64,000 bases of DNA, from contig CAXXTU010000002.1 of NCBI GenBank assembly GCA_963662655.2, positions 1,056,001 through 1,120,000 on the forward strand, in the 5' to 3' direction. The notes beneath the pieces were generated by a model. The model searched no databases. It was not told the origin of the DNA and saw only the letters and a program-made list of their open reading frames with translations. Positions 39,801 to 47,803 of the stretch are shown one piece after another. The stretch is from Candidatus Cloacimonadales bacterium (GTDB lineage Bacteria > Cloacimonadota > Cloacimonadia > Cloacimonadales > JAIOQZ01). Every line of letters starts with the position of its first letter. The first letter of the stretch is position 1. The translations under genes and the position numbers were made by a program.

Positions 39801-42800
39801 CCGGTCAGCGGCTGGTAGTCGGAATCGAATTCCCATTCCAGATATACATAACCATTGTAGTTGTTGTTACCGTCGGACGCGGTCATATTCCACGGCGTCA
39901 TCATACCCTGGAATTCGTATGCACCCATATCAACGCGATTCGATACGCTCTGAGCGTGTTCGTAGATGCGCGGATTGCCGATGTAGTCGATATCGGGAAG
40001 ATCGAGAAATCCGCCGTCGATGAATCCGGCATTGAGGCAAGGCGATGTGCCGGTAAGCTGGTATGGATTGACGCCACTACCCAAGAATTGCGGATCGTCG
40101 CTGATGTTGCCCGATCCTTCCGCGCCGCCTTCCACACAGCAATAGCGAATATCCATGTTTCCGGAGACTGGAGATTCACCGTTGTCCCAGATGATGCAGC
40201 TCCCGATGTCCGGCTCGGCGGTTCCCGATGTGCGGATTGCGCTTCCCAGCGGTGCCTCGCTGAAGAGAATATCGAGGTTATAAAGCCCCGGATCGCCGTC
40301 GACGATATAGAACGCACCGCCGGAAACGGTTGCTTCGCTGTACAGAACAAGCCCGCCCAGGATGTTGGCATAGCTTTCGTGGATATACGCAGTGCCGCCA
40401 TTTTCCGCGTTGCCGTTAAGCAGCATGCAGTTCTTGATCGTAAGATTGTCGTAACCGTCAATGCAGAGGTTACCGCCATGAGGCTTGAATGGGTTATCGT
40501 CGTTACCGTTCCAGATGTTGATGAATTCGGCGTAGCTGCTGTCTGCCGAATTTCCGAAGTAGATACCGCCCCATCCGGCATCTTCCGATGATTCATTGAA
40601 GGTGATCTTCTGATAAAGCGTTCCGTTCGCCTGGAGCGATCCGTAAATCCCTAGGAGCGCATCGGAAGTGAACCGCAGCGTTGTGGAGGGATTGACCGTC
40701 AGCGTGTATCCCTGCGCGATCGCGATGGGGACGTTGATGGTCACCTGACCGCTGAGTGTGATATCCTGCGGGATGAGGCCGCGTCCGGTCTGCTCTTCGT
40801 AAGCGCCGATATCGGCGGCGTTCAGGATGGTATCGATGGTTGAATTGATATTCGATTGGCTCGCAAGCGAACGCGGATTGCCGAGGAAATCGGTATCCAG
40901 AAGGCCGTCATACACCTCGCCGCGATTGATACAGGGCGAGGTATCGGAGATTTGATAGGGCTTGCTTCCTGAGGTGAAGTCGGGGTCGAGATCGAAGCAG
41001 TCAGTGTAAGATCCATTGAAATCAGCAATCCCGTCACCCCCGAAGCCTTCGAATCCACCCTCGATATCGCAATGCCGGAAATCGGGATGCCAGGCGGATG
41101 CATCGAGATAGACCTGCTCGCCGCTGGGAGCTTCGTTGCCACGGATGATCGTGTTGACGATACTGCAATCGCAGACAATGTTGACATGAAGTCCTCCCCC
41201 ACTGATGGTCGCTTCGTTATCGACGATGGTATTGTTCCAGAGGTTCTCCGATCGCTGGTAACACATGTAGATTCCACCACCGTATTCCGCTTCGTTCTCG
41301 TAGATTACATTATCCTGCACAATCGGATAGAACCATGTATCGCTCATGTTCTGGAAGCCTATACCTCCGCCATATTGCGCCTCATTGTGGCAAATTTCGT
41401 TTCTGTGGATAACGATATCCTGATAATCGACGCCATGCAGACCGATTCCGCCGCCGCTCTCTGTCGCGTAGTTGAACCCGATGTAGTTGTTTCGAATTAC
41501 GGGAGAGTATTGAATATCCGGTTGTTCGCTATTGTAGGTGAAACTGGCGATACCTCCGCCGAGACCGTTCGAGAAGTTGTTCACGATGCGGCAGTTTTCG
41601 ACATGACAGTGCGATTCGCCGAAGCAGATCGCGCCGCCCTGGGTGATGACTTGATTGAAGCCCTGGTCATGAAGCACTTTGTTGTAACTAAAGACGCTGC
41701 CGGTGACCATGCATTCCGAAAGATCGTTGATCCACAGAGCGCCGCCTCTGTAGTAGGCATAGTTATAGCTGAATCGAGAGTTGGAAATCCGCCAGCCGCC
41801 GCTGCTGTTGATGAACATCGCGCCACCGCAGAATCGTTCGTTGTCGTCGTCGCCGAGTTGTGCGACTGCCTTGCCGTGATCCAGGATACAGTGATCGAAG
41901 ATTGTAGAATCCTGACCCGTGGCGATATTGAGGGTAATACCCGCCCAGCTCCCGTCCGGCGCAATCGGGTAGGAACCGGATATATTGTGAAATCCTGTCG
42001 TGTCCGCGATGGTGAAGCGTATGGAGTCGGCTTCGGTTCCGAGCGCCTGCAACGCGCCTTGAACCAGAATTCCGTAGTGATCGTGGAAGGTCACCGTGGT
42101 TCCCGGTAGCAGGTTCATCGTCTCGCCGGCGGGAATGGTGAGGTCGTCCCAAACGGTTATATTTGTCGAGGTTATCTCCTGATCTTCATCGTATGTTCCA
42201 CCGAGATAGAATCCTCCGATCGGGCAGGTCGATTCCAGATCGGGCGTTTCACTGGAAACCTGTACGCAGACGGCGTTGAAGGGTCCCGCCAGATTGTAAA
42301 CAGGTCGATGGATCACCTCATCGAAGGTGTAATTTGCCAGCAGGTTTGATTCCGGGGCTGTCAGCGAGACATGTCGGTTGTCCCAAATTTCGGATGCTGT
42401 CCGGGCGGTCTCCCAAATCCTCACCTCGTCGATATAGCCCTCGAAAATCCGTGAGGATCCGGCTTTGGAACCAATTGAGCCGAGGGGACTGCCATCGGAA
42501 TCTTTGATCGAAGCGCCCTGAGCCTGCGTGCTGCTGTTCATGATGACGCCATTGATATAAAGGGAGCTGGTTCCGCCAGTATCGACGACCAGCGCTACGT
42601 GATACCACCGCTCGGGATTCAGCCCATCCCAGGAAAGTGTCATCGTCTCGGTCGATCCGCTGCGATCCAGCGTCGCCTGCCCATACACTGTCGTATTGTT
42701 GGTATAAATCTCGAATTCTCCGTGGTCGCCGTGATAGAGGATCGTGCGGTTGGATGATTCCATATCCTCGGGATAAAACCACGCCTCCGCGGTGATTGCA

Positions 42801-43603
42801 GACGGCGCTGACTCCCACAACGGATTGAAGATCACACGCTGTTTGTCGTCTCCGTATTGCAACATCCGGTCACTTATCGTCCACACATAAGAGATATTGG
42901 AATCTGCCCACCAACCGCCTTCGTGGAGCGTTCCGTTGTTGTTGCCGGTCTCGTCGTGAATTGTCGTGGATTCGTCGTCCAATTTGTAGTAGGCGACAAG
43001 CCCGGATTCGTTTCCGGAAAGGTGGTTATATTTATTGGCGGTGATCTGCTCCGGGGTTCGGGCTGTATTCCAGATACGGATTTCATCCATCCAGCCATTG
43101 AAATACCTTCCGGGCATCTGGGCGTTATCGCCGATACGAACGGAGTAGTTGTTTGTTGCTGTTCCGGAAACAATGGTAGCGTCATGCAAGACGCCATCGA
43201 CGTACATGCTCAATACCGCTCCGCTCTTGATGATCTCGATGTGATGGAAGAAGCCGCTGAAGAGACCGCCGTTGGTGAAATCGCATTTTGAGGGATCGGA
43301 TGTTACGCTGGCGCTTCCGTATGTAAAGCGTATCTGATTCGTCTCGTCATAGCGATGGAGACGCCAACTACTGTCGCCCTTGGCAATTAGAGTTTGCCAC
43401 GGCATATCGAATCCGCCGATTACAACCCAAAGCTCCAGCGTCATATTGGTAGTAAAATCGAAATTCGATTCGTTGGGAAGCTCGATGTATCCACCTGAAT
43501 TATTGAATCGATAGCATTTTTCAAAGTAGGACTCCATCTGTGCGTTCAGCGAAAATGACAGACTCACGGCAATCAAAATGAAAAGGAATGTAGTTTTGCG
43601 CAT
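33881..43603 (-). CDS. Giant (3240 aa) secreted protein: 3 LamG-like jelly-rolls, 2 right-handed beta-helices, FN3/Ig domains, LHDPPG core region and a C-terminal FN3-like domain
   Basis: GGAG RBS and signal peptide; G.MDEIRIW..ART, IDEVRIW and IDELRFF LamG motifs; GGA/GGG-N beta-helix repeats ending DIGAYE and DMGAYE. Confidence 0.85.
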   Translation of the reverse strand: MRKTTFLFILIAVSLSFSLNAQMESYFEKCYRFNNSGGYIELPNESNFDFTTNMTLELWVVIGGFDMPWQTLIAKGDSSWRLHRYDETNQIRFTYGSASVTSDPSKCDFTNGGLFSGFFHHIEIIKSGAVLSMYVDGVLHDATIVSGTATNNYSVRIGDNAQMPGRYFNGWMDEIRIWNTARTPEQITANKYNHLSGNESGLVAYYKLDDESTTIHDETGNNNGTLHEGGWWADSNISYVWTISDRMLQYGDDKQRVIFNPLWESAPSAITAEAWFYPEDMESSNRTILYHGDHGEFEIYTNNTTVYGQATLDRSGSTETMTLSWDGLNPERWYHVALVVDTGGTSSLYINGVIMNSSTQAQGASIKDSDGSPLGSIGSKAGSSRIFEGYIDEVRIWETARTASEIWDNRHVSLTAPESNLLANYTFDEVIHRPVYNLAGPFNAVCVQVSSETPDLESTCPIGGFYLGGTYDEDQEITSTNITVWDDLTIPAGETMNLLPGTTVTFHDHYGILVQGALQALGTEADSIRFTIADTTGFHNISGSYPIAPDGSWAGITLNIATGQDSTIFDHCILDHGKAVAQLGDDDNERFCGGAMFINSSGGWRISNSRFSYNYAYYRGGALWINDLSECMVTGSVFSYNKVLHDQGFNQVITQGGAICFGESHCHVENCRIVNNFSNGLGGGIASFTYNSEQPDIQYSPVIRNNYIGFNYATESGGGIGLHGVDYQDIVIHRNEICHNEAQYGGGIGFQNMSDTWFYPIVQDNVIYENEAEYGGGIYMCYQRSENLWNNTIVDNEATISGGGLHVNIVCDCSIVNTIIRGNEAPSGEQVYLDASAWHPDFRHCDIEGGFEGFGGDGIADFNGSYTDCFDLDPDFTSGSKPYQISDTSPCINRGEVYDGLLDTDFLGNPRSLASQSNINSTIDTILNAADIGAYEEQTGRGLIPQDITLSGQVTINVPIAIAQGYTLTVNPSTTLRFTSDALLGIYGSLQANGTLYQKITFNESSEDAGWGGIYFGNSADSSYAEFINIWNGNDDNPFKPHGGNLCIDGYDNLTIKNCMLLNGNAENGGTAYIHESYANILGGLVLYSEATVSGGAFYIVDGDPGLYNLDILFSEAPLGSAIRTSGTAEPDIGSCIIWDNGESPVSGNMDIRYCCVEGGAEGSGNISDDPQFLGSGVNPYQLTGTSPCLNAGFIDGGFLDLPDIDYIGNPRIYEHAQSVSNRVDMGAYEFQGMMTPWNMTASDGNNNYNGYVYLEWEFDSDYQPLTGFRVYRNNVQLQSITSDARSYADYTANPGEFYEYTVVAYAGAESSSSDSDYGYMKPNGIITGNICTPNDNPVSEVIVSASPAQGKCLDLGSELVIDDPGLDTSQDFTWEIWVKLSTANFSILYQDIGLAVNAEMWDDYLRFVQVDTTTMNITALLEQPDTTASIVDGQWHHLAVVYDASQPLLTLYIDAEEVIDEAVGITSFFENDLYVGVDGSIDELRFFDVARTQSIIDLQRNLILPWTEPGLIGYWPMNEGAGDHVFDGTNYSHVGTFSSGTWSDDEPGIVPGAITDVWGDYAISQLSYGSATTFTVTPTKAGHNFQPEQRLVTLSNSNISQNDVDFTDNSMISVSGIVRYIDTQVPVEGASVLLNGSPTVPPTLVDEDGEFTMDLEHGTEATLSVSFEEHEFDRVWELGTVTYPRTGINFWDIEKVSFALRIVGGDEGYPIGSFDVLLREMGDRYTQEETNLPWGGGIVAITNVPPLNYSLTATADPTDDPFGLGVLPSFEDIGTVNVDLRYTETAPDTVSIVWHNDLSIEVIWPTSLDIKYMDDDVEEDYGFYVLPQNEWCSVRVRAFEDYRAAGSPAFVTYITDCDIQITDEVGTQGETDDNFDGENYYAYTFAPYLPNIIVDGNRRHQNMLEFTVHDTELDRYATQTDWVLTEGTRPMESTFATTSPELPFLVLHDPPGDCSYSSFSQTSSASVSMSVSAEMTMANNQHQTMHMGPDFSFDTGLFYSIETEIDATFDIGQSVTVELGMGCDTETQYTFSTTEEYNTSPDNQLIGLESDLFVGGAVNLVWGITKEVAWNDSSSSVDLTQGVMVSPNGFDTIYMYTESQIRLSVIPNLIAIGDTTSAALWQSYLDMNEDNIENAVANPNHPANVSFNAGAGYTYEETCASTEAQTFFFTTTVSEEFGMEFGFTVNGMGDTGGFSFETGVTIGQSIATENEMSTTTTFVLADDDETSSLNYLSDYFTVDIKMDPVYGTPVFETIAGASSNRWEPNTLPRDGVNLTANTYAQSGLEDGDQAVFLLSLQNTSQSEEYRRYYLTMHHDSNPGGATVKINGVPLEEQMAFDIPPSSAVQAVMTVDRGPYEYDYEDLALEFYAPGDRGNDGPDGHYFYVYKYFDVHWEPPYSRVDIQFPNDDWIINQSNNDTLNVILAGYDIEKPYLESLLLQYKKTSNRDWITAAVIPDSVLADYPYYIQVPWDASELSDGAYEIRAGATDAVQTENYYCTPVSGYIDRISPALFTSPQPQDGILSQGDQILLSLTEAIDPVGIDPDDIRLTILDNFMPLACDFSVFNNEIVLTPASDMLWWMENHLVQASVEGITDLYGNPLEEAITWEFFVNANPVGWSQSKIEAIKPLGDEMEIDMQLINSGGQTSSFTIEDLPEWLTVDVESGQLYPLDSQSLTFTVNEQLGYGTFRDTIYADIPGLGREPLVFEIGVLANPPAWASTPLSNFEYSMTITGQLNIDEEISTDTNDIIGVFVLDQGGAYQCRGFASIHHVPFVDDAYQFFLTVHSDEEYGDTIYFRTWDSSENKEHFGIEQQYLFLSGAVYGTSLTPVVLDVCPELYKSIDCHRGWTWFSINLDNETSMQLNDILSSLSPAQNDLIKSQTEYAQYVEGTGWVGSLSSIETTQMFKIKLAQQSDLQIDGLLDDPQATAIAYCSGWNWIGYLPHLSISVNEALAGLPNPVSGDLIKNQTGYSQYIEGYGWYGSLLFMNPGEGYMLKTVGSGSFYYPDYSITRGQDALEQSVQNHVHSPREIAGWEVDPLDYEYSSNITAVVAIDDEVQNSQNLVLGAFCGDECRGVASLVEVMGQWTFFLTQYSNAIGETIRYRIYDPDLEEVYTAEESIVFISNQALGNPLAPYVFHAESASLRPPQNVRIQVVSDNVMISWDAVEGAETYHVYQSVFPDGSWNDVSGDGVFTQERSGGVRWTIALPEDGMRFFRVTSDTEGSVRARSIKFSDSKDGARKE

Positions 43604-43641
43604 AATCCTCTCCTTACGCGGTGTTTTTCCTTTTCATAATA

Positions 43642-43657
43642 TGCAGAGGTTGTGCCA
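43642..43657 (-). promoter_or_regulatory. Sigma-54 (-24/-12) promoter of the 3240-aa gene
   Basis: Minus strand TGGCAC-AACCT-CTGCA (GG-N10-GC), about 40 nt upstream of the ATG. Confidence 0.8.
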
Positions 43658-43720
43658 TAAGCGGATATGCCTGTAATGCAGCTATAACAAGACTTTGTGC
43701 GAGATGCAGCGCATCTGGGC

Positions 43721-43755
43721 CGAACGTTATCGTTCGCTCTGGGCGATTTCGTTCA
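43721..43755. promoter_or_regulatory. Candidate enhancer (UAS) sites for the sigma-54 activator
   Basis: Palindrome CGAACG-TTAT-CGTTCG (43721-36) plus degenerate GGGCG-ATTT-CGTTC (43741-54); the same motif recurs at 47036. Confidence 0.7.
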
Positions 43756-43809
43756 CCTCGCGATTGAAATAAATTGACGCATATCGAATCGATTCATTTC
43801 CATGGTGAT

Positions 43810-45657
43810 ATGGATTCAACACAAAATCATACTCAGATTCGCGTGCGAGATTTGATCGCGCAGGCATTCACGCTGATGAACAGCGATCCGCAGCAATGCA
43901 TCCGCCTTTCGGAAGAAGCGCTGGAGATATCCCGTGAAATCGGTTTCGGCGTCGGCGAAGGCATGGCGCTGATGCACATTGGGCTGGGGCATTTCCATCA
44001 GAGTAATTTTCGGGAAGCGCAGGGGTATTATCTCGAGGCGGAGCCTGTCTTGCAACGGGAGGAATACTGGTATGGTCTGCGGTGTCTCTACAATAATCTG
44101 GGTGTTACATATCGTCAATGGGGAGATCATCAGAGAGCGCTCGAGTATTATAAACAAAATCTCGATCTCGAGGATCGTTTCCCGATTCCCAAACTGCAAT
44201 GCACAATCCTGTACAACCTCAGTACCATTCATCTCGATCTTGGAGATGAGGAAATCGCCAGAGAATACCTGCTGGAAGTGCTGAAACTGGCCGAAGAACA
44301 CGGGATTGTATCATCTCTGGCGCTGGGCAATACAAGTTTGGGACAATACTACCGTCGAAATGGCGACTTTGAGGGAGCTCATGAGTGTTTCGAGAGGTCC
44401 AGAGCGGCTTACGAACAGACCGATGACAAGGCCGGACTGTCTCATCTCTGTCAGGCGATCGCCTATCTCTACTATGATGAGGATCGCCTGGATAAATCAC
44501 TCGAAACCCTGGAGGAGGGCATGCGCCTGTCGCTTGAAATAGGCGAGAAACAGCAACAGGCTTCACATCATTTCTCATTTGCTCGTACCTATTACGTAAC
44601 CGGAGATCGAAAAAAGCTGTTGGAGCATCTCGATGAATGTATTCGAATCTCGGAGGAAGGTACATACCGGTCATACCTTATCAGTGCGCTGGAACTGAAA
44701 ATCAAGGTTTGCGAAGACGATAACGATTTCAAGATGGCTCTCGAATTGACCCGTAAGCGTCAGGCGCACCTGGATTTCCTGAATGAAGAGAAACGAAACC
44801 GTGCGATCGAGGAAATCAAGACCCGGCTGCAAGTCCAGAGACGGGAGCACGAAGCAGAAGTTCTTCGATTGCAAACGATTGATCTGGCCCAGCGCGTGGA
44901 AGAAGAGGTGAAGAAGCGTGAAGCCCAGCAGCAGTTGCTGATTCAGAAATCGAAGATGGAATCGCTGGGACGCCTGGCCGCCGGTATCGCACACGAGATC
45001 AACCAACCGCTTGGAATGCTGAATATCGGACTCCAGAACCTGTACAACAAACTGAATAACGAAAAGATCACACCCGCCTATCTGGAGAAAAAACAGAACC
45101 TGATGAACGAACACATCGAGCGGATCAAGAAGATCATCGAGCATATCAGACTATTCTCGCGCGAGCAGCAATCCAGCGCGATTCGCCTTATGGATGTGCG
45201 GGATGTGGTCGCAAGCACCCTTTCGATGATGCAGGCTCAGTGCAGCGAACACAACATTCGGCTGAGTGTCGAGACTGGTGACGAGCCGGCATTGGTTCTG
45301 GGCAACCCTTACAGACTGGAACAGGCGCTGCTTAATCTGATCGCCAATGCAAAGGATGCCCTGGAAGAGAAATACGACCGGTTCGACGACTCGAAGTCCA
45401 TCGCGATACGATGCCGGAAAGCCAATGATCGGATACTGCTGCAAGTGATCGATAACGGACCCGGCATTGCGGAAGATCGCCTGCATGCCGTTTTTGAGCC
45501 GTTCTATACCACAAAGGATGAAGCGAAGGGCACCGGACTGGGGCTGTCTATCTGCTACGGTATTATTCAGGAGATGGGCGGGAAAATAGCATGCAGCAGC
45601 ACGCCCGGAGAATCTTCGACCTTCGAGATTGAACTTCCTGCTCTGGAGAAATCATGA
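43810..45657 (+). CDS. Soluble TPR-domain sensor histidine kinase (NtrB-like HisKA + HATPase)
   Basis: N-terminal TPRs and a coiled coil; GIAHEINQPL H-box, LLNLIANA N-box, DNGPGI, FEPFYTTK, GTGLGL; no TM segment. ATG 43810 preferred over TTG 43774. Confidence 0.92.
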   Translation: MDSTQNHTQIRVRDLIAQAFTLMNSDPQQCIRLSEEALEISREIGFGVGEGMALMHIGLGHFHQSNFREAQGYYLEAEPVLQREEYWYGLRCLYNNLGVTYRQWGDHQRALEYYKQNLDLEDRFPIPKLQCTILYNLSTIHLDLGDEEIAREYLLEVLKLAEEHGIVSSLALGNTSLGQYYRRNGDFEGAHECFERSRAAYEQTDDKAGLSHLCQAIAYLYYDEDRLDKSLETLEEGMRLSLEIGEKQQQASHHFSFARTYYVTGDRKKLLEHLDECIRISEEGTYRSYLISALELKIKVCEDDNDFKMALELTRKRQAHLDFLNEEKRNRAIEEIKTRLQVQRREHEAEVLRLQTIDLAQRVEEEVKKREAQQQLLIQKSKMESLGRLAAGIAHEINQPLGMLNIGLQNLYNKLNNEKITPAYLEKKQNLMNEHIERIKKIIEHIRLFSREQQSSAIRLMDVRDVVASTLSMMQAQCSEHNIRLSVETGDEPALVLGNPYRLEQALLNLIANAKDALEEKYDRFDDSKSIAIRCRKANDRILLQVIDNGPGIAEDRLHAVFEPFYTTKDEAKGTGLGLSICYGIIQEMGGKIACSSTPGESSTFEIELPALEKS

Positions 45658-47033
45658 AGCAACTCAATATTCTCATTGTCGATGACGAACAGGGATATCT
45701 CGATGAGATCGGCGAGTTCCTCAACGATTGCGGCTTCACCGCACTGACGGCGGATACGCCCGTAAAAGCGCTTGCTGTCGTCAATCAGCGTCCGGTCGAT
45801 ATCGCAATTGTGGACTTGAAACTCCCGCAAATGAGTGGGATCGAATTGATGCGAAGAATGAAAGAACTCGATAGCTCGATCGCGATCATCATGATAAGCG
45901 GACACGGCGATATCGACAGTGTCGTCGAAGCGATGCGCGCTGGCGCAAACGATTACTTTGCCAAGCCGTTCAATCTGGCGGACATCAGGATTTCCATCGA
46001 GCGAACCAGGAAATTCCTAGACCTCTCGCGGAAACTCGATTCGACCCAGAACGTGGTGGAGGTTCTACGCTGTACGTTGAAAAGGGATGGCAAGCACCCC
46101 CTTGTGGCGGAGAGCGAAGCAATGAAGACCATCGTGCAACAGATGCGGCAGGTGGCGAGTCAACCTTGCTTCGACGTCCTCATCACCGGCGAGAGCGGGA
46201 CGGGGAAAGAGCTCGTGGCTAGAGGAATCCACCATCTGGACGAGACGACGAACGGCGTGTTTTACGATATCAATTGCACCGCAATTCCTGACACACTGTT
46301 CGAAAGCGAGTTCTTCGGTCATGAAAAACACGCGTTCACCGGGGCCCAGGCATCGAGGAAGGGATGTTTCGAGCTCGCCAACGGCGGCACGCTTTTTCTG
46401 GATGAAATCGGAGACATGCCGCTATCCATGCAGGCGAAATTGCTTCGAGCGCTGGAAGAAAGGCACATCCGCAGAATCGGCGCTCAACGGAACATTCCAT
46501 TGTCACTGCGCGTAATCGCCTCAACCAATCGTGATCTCCGGGAGCTTATCCAGAATGGGCAGTTCCGTCAGGACCTCTATTTCCGACTGAATCGCTTTGG
46601 ACTGCATATTTCACCTCTTCGTAAACGAACCGAAGACATACCTTTACTGGTTGATTTTCACCTCAGGCACGCGGCAGAAGAAATGAAGCGTAGTCCCTTG
46701 CAGGTCACGCAGAATGTTTACAATCGGCTAGTAAAATACGCCTTCCCCGGCAATGTTCGGGAGCTGAGGAACATGGTCGAAAAAGCATACATACTCGCCG
46801 GAGCAAGCGACACGGCGCTGGATGACCGCTGCTTCCCAGATATCTTCCATTGCGATCCGGAAGAAATTCATATCTCGGATGGACTGAACCTCCAGCGACT
46901 CGAGAATATCGAACAGAAGATGATCAAGACAGCGCTCGATCAAGCCTCCGGCAATAAAACCCGAGCCGCTCAATTGCTTGGCATTACACGAACCAGCCTC
47001 AATCGCAGGATCGCCAAATACTTCATGGAATAG
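45654..47033 (+). CDS. Sigma-54-dependent response regulator (NtrC family: REC + AAA+ + Fis HTH)
   Basis: VDDE/VDLKLP/KPF receiver; GESGTGKE, ESEFFGHEKHAFTGA, LFLDEIG, FRQDLYFRL, FPGNVREL; GNKTRAAQLLGI HTH; ATGA overlap with the kinase. Confidence 0.96.
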   Translation: MKQLNILIVDDEQGYLDEIGEFLNDCGFTALTADTPVKALAVVNQRPVDIAIVDLKLPQMSGIELMRRMKELDSSIAIIMISGHGDIDSVVEAMRAGANDYFAKPFNLADIRISIERTRKFLDLSRKLDSTQNVVEVLRCTLKRDGKHPLVAESEAMKTIVQQMRQVASQPCFDVLITGESGTGKELVARGIHHLDETTNGVFYDINCTAIPDTLFESEFFGHEKHAFTGAQASRKGCFELANGGTLFLDEIGDMPLSMQAKLLRALEERHIRRIGAQRNIPLSLRVIASTNRDLRELIQNGQFRQDLYFRLNRFGLHISPLRKRTEDIPLLVDFHLRHAAEEMKRSPLQVTQNVYNRLVKYAFPGNVRELRNMVEKAYILAGASDTALDDRCFPDIFHCDPEEIHISDGLNLQRLENIEQKMIKTALDQASGNKTRAAQLLGITRTSLNRRIAKYFME

Positions 47034-47035
47034 CC

Positions 47036-47049
47036 GAACGATATCGTTC
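47036..47049. promoter_or_regulatory. Candidate enhancer (UAS) palindrome
   Basis: Perfect palindrome GAACGATATCGTTC just after the regulator stop codon; matches 43722-43735. Confidence 0.7.
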
Positions 47050-47114
47050 AACCCCTTCGCCGATCTAGACCCGCGAAAGCTTCTCCAGCCGGCGTTCTTC
47101 AATCATCGGACCAC

Positions 47115-47130
47115 TGGAATCCGGTTTGCA
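47115..47130 (+). promoter_or_regulatory. Sigma-54 (-24/-12) promoter of the small pseudo-receiver gene
   Basis: TGGAAT-CCGGT-TTGCA (GG-N10-GC), 21 nt upstream of the ATG at 47152. Confidence 0.75.
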
Positions 47131-47151
47131 TATACAAGCCCTGAGGTAACC

Positions 47152-47457
47152 ATGGTTCTGATTTATCATACTCAAAAAGTCAAAGCGCGAGAGATCGCTG
47201 AAATGATCCCGGAACGAGACCAGGAAATCCAGATTGTGGATGACATTCATACCTTAATCTCAAAGCTGAAATCGTACCCGGTTGGTAAGCTGTATTTTCA
47301 GGTCAGGGGTCTTTCCGATTTCCATAAAATTGACACAGTACGATCCATTTCTCCCGATCTCGAAATTTCATTACTGGTTAACTCCGACATGGAGAAGCTC
47401 TTGATCCTCATGAAGACGACAGCATTCGATATTCTGCCCACCGACGTTGTACGCTGA
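47152..47457 (+). CDS. Small (101 aa) protein resembling a degenerate receiver domain
   Basis: GAGG RBS and ATG 47152 (MVLIYHTQ...). The alternating beta/alpha pattern maps onto REC (VLIY / IQIVDD / KLYFQ / ISLLV / AFDIL) without the acidic pocket or conserved Lys. Confidence 0.65.
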   Translation: MVLIYHTQKVKAREIAEMIPERDQEIQIVDDIHTLISKLKSYPVGKLYFQVRGLSDFHKIDTVRSISPDLEISLLVNSDMEKLLILMKTTAFDILPTDVVR

Positions 47458-47803
47458 GGATCTGGCAGCGTTGATCATGGCCGTGCGACGGATCCGTCGG
47501 CTGCAATTTGCTCTATTTCAACATTATTGCAAACAAGGCCGATAGCTTCGACCACCTGCTGGCCATCATCCCCGAGTCGACCTCCGCATCTTCCAGAACC
47601 CCTCCGGCTGGGACTGGCGTGCGGGGAGGTGAGGGGGGGATTTCCCGTTACTCACTTGATATGAAATTTCTTGATTTTTAACACAGCTATTAATATAAAA
47701 GCATTGACAAATTATAAACATCAAAGAAGTATATTATAAATTGAAGAGTTTGCCAACATTGAGTTCTTCAAGCTATAATTTTTCTATATGCTTTCTATAG
47801 CCT

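Noticed and set aside
41072..42109. Long antisense ORFs within the giant genes (also 28356-29345 and 38216-39109)
   Set aside because: Expected shadows of GC-rich codon usage on the opposite strand.
43721..43736. Palindrome as a Gram-positive LexA (Cheo) box
   Set aside because: Spacing is GAAC-N6-GTTC rather than GAAC-N4-GTTC, and the sites lie upstream of sigma-54 promoters, not SOS genes.
47575..47650. GC-rich stretch as an att copy of tRNA-Asp or a fifth hairpin-family copy
   Set aside because: Only short chance-level matches (TGGCG, GCATCTTC); conserved arms are absent. It may be a simple hairpin.
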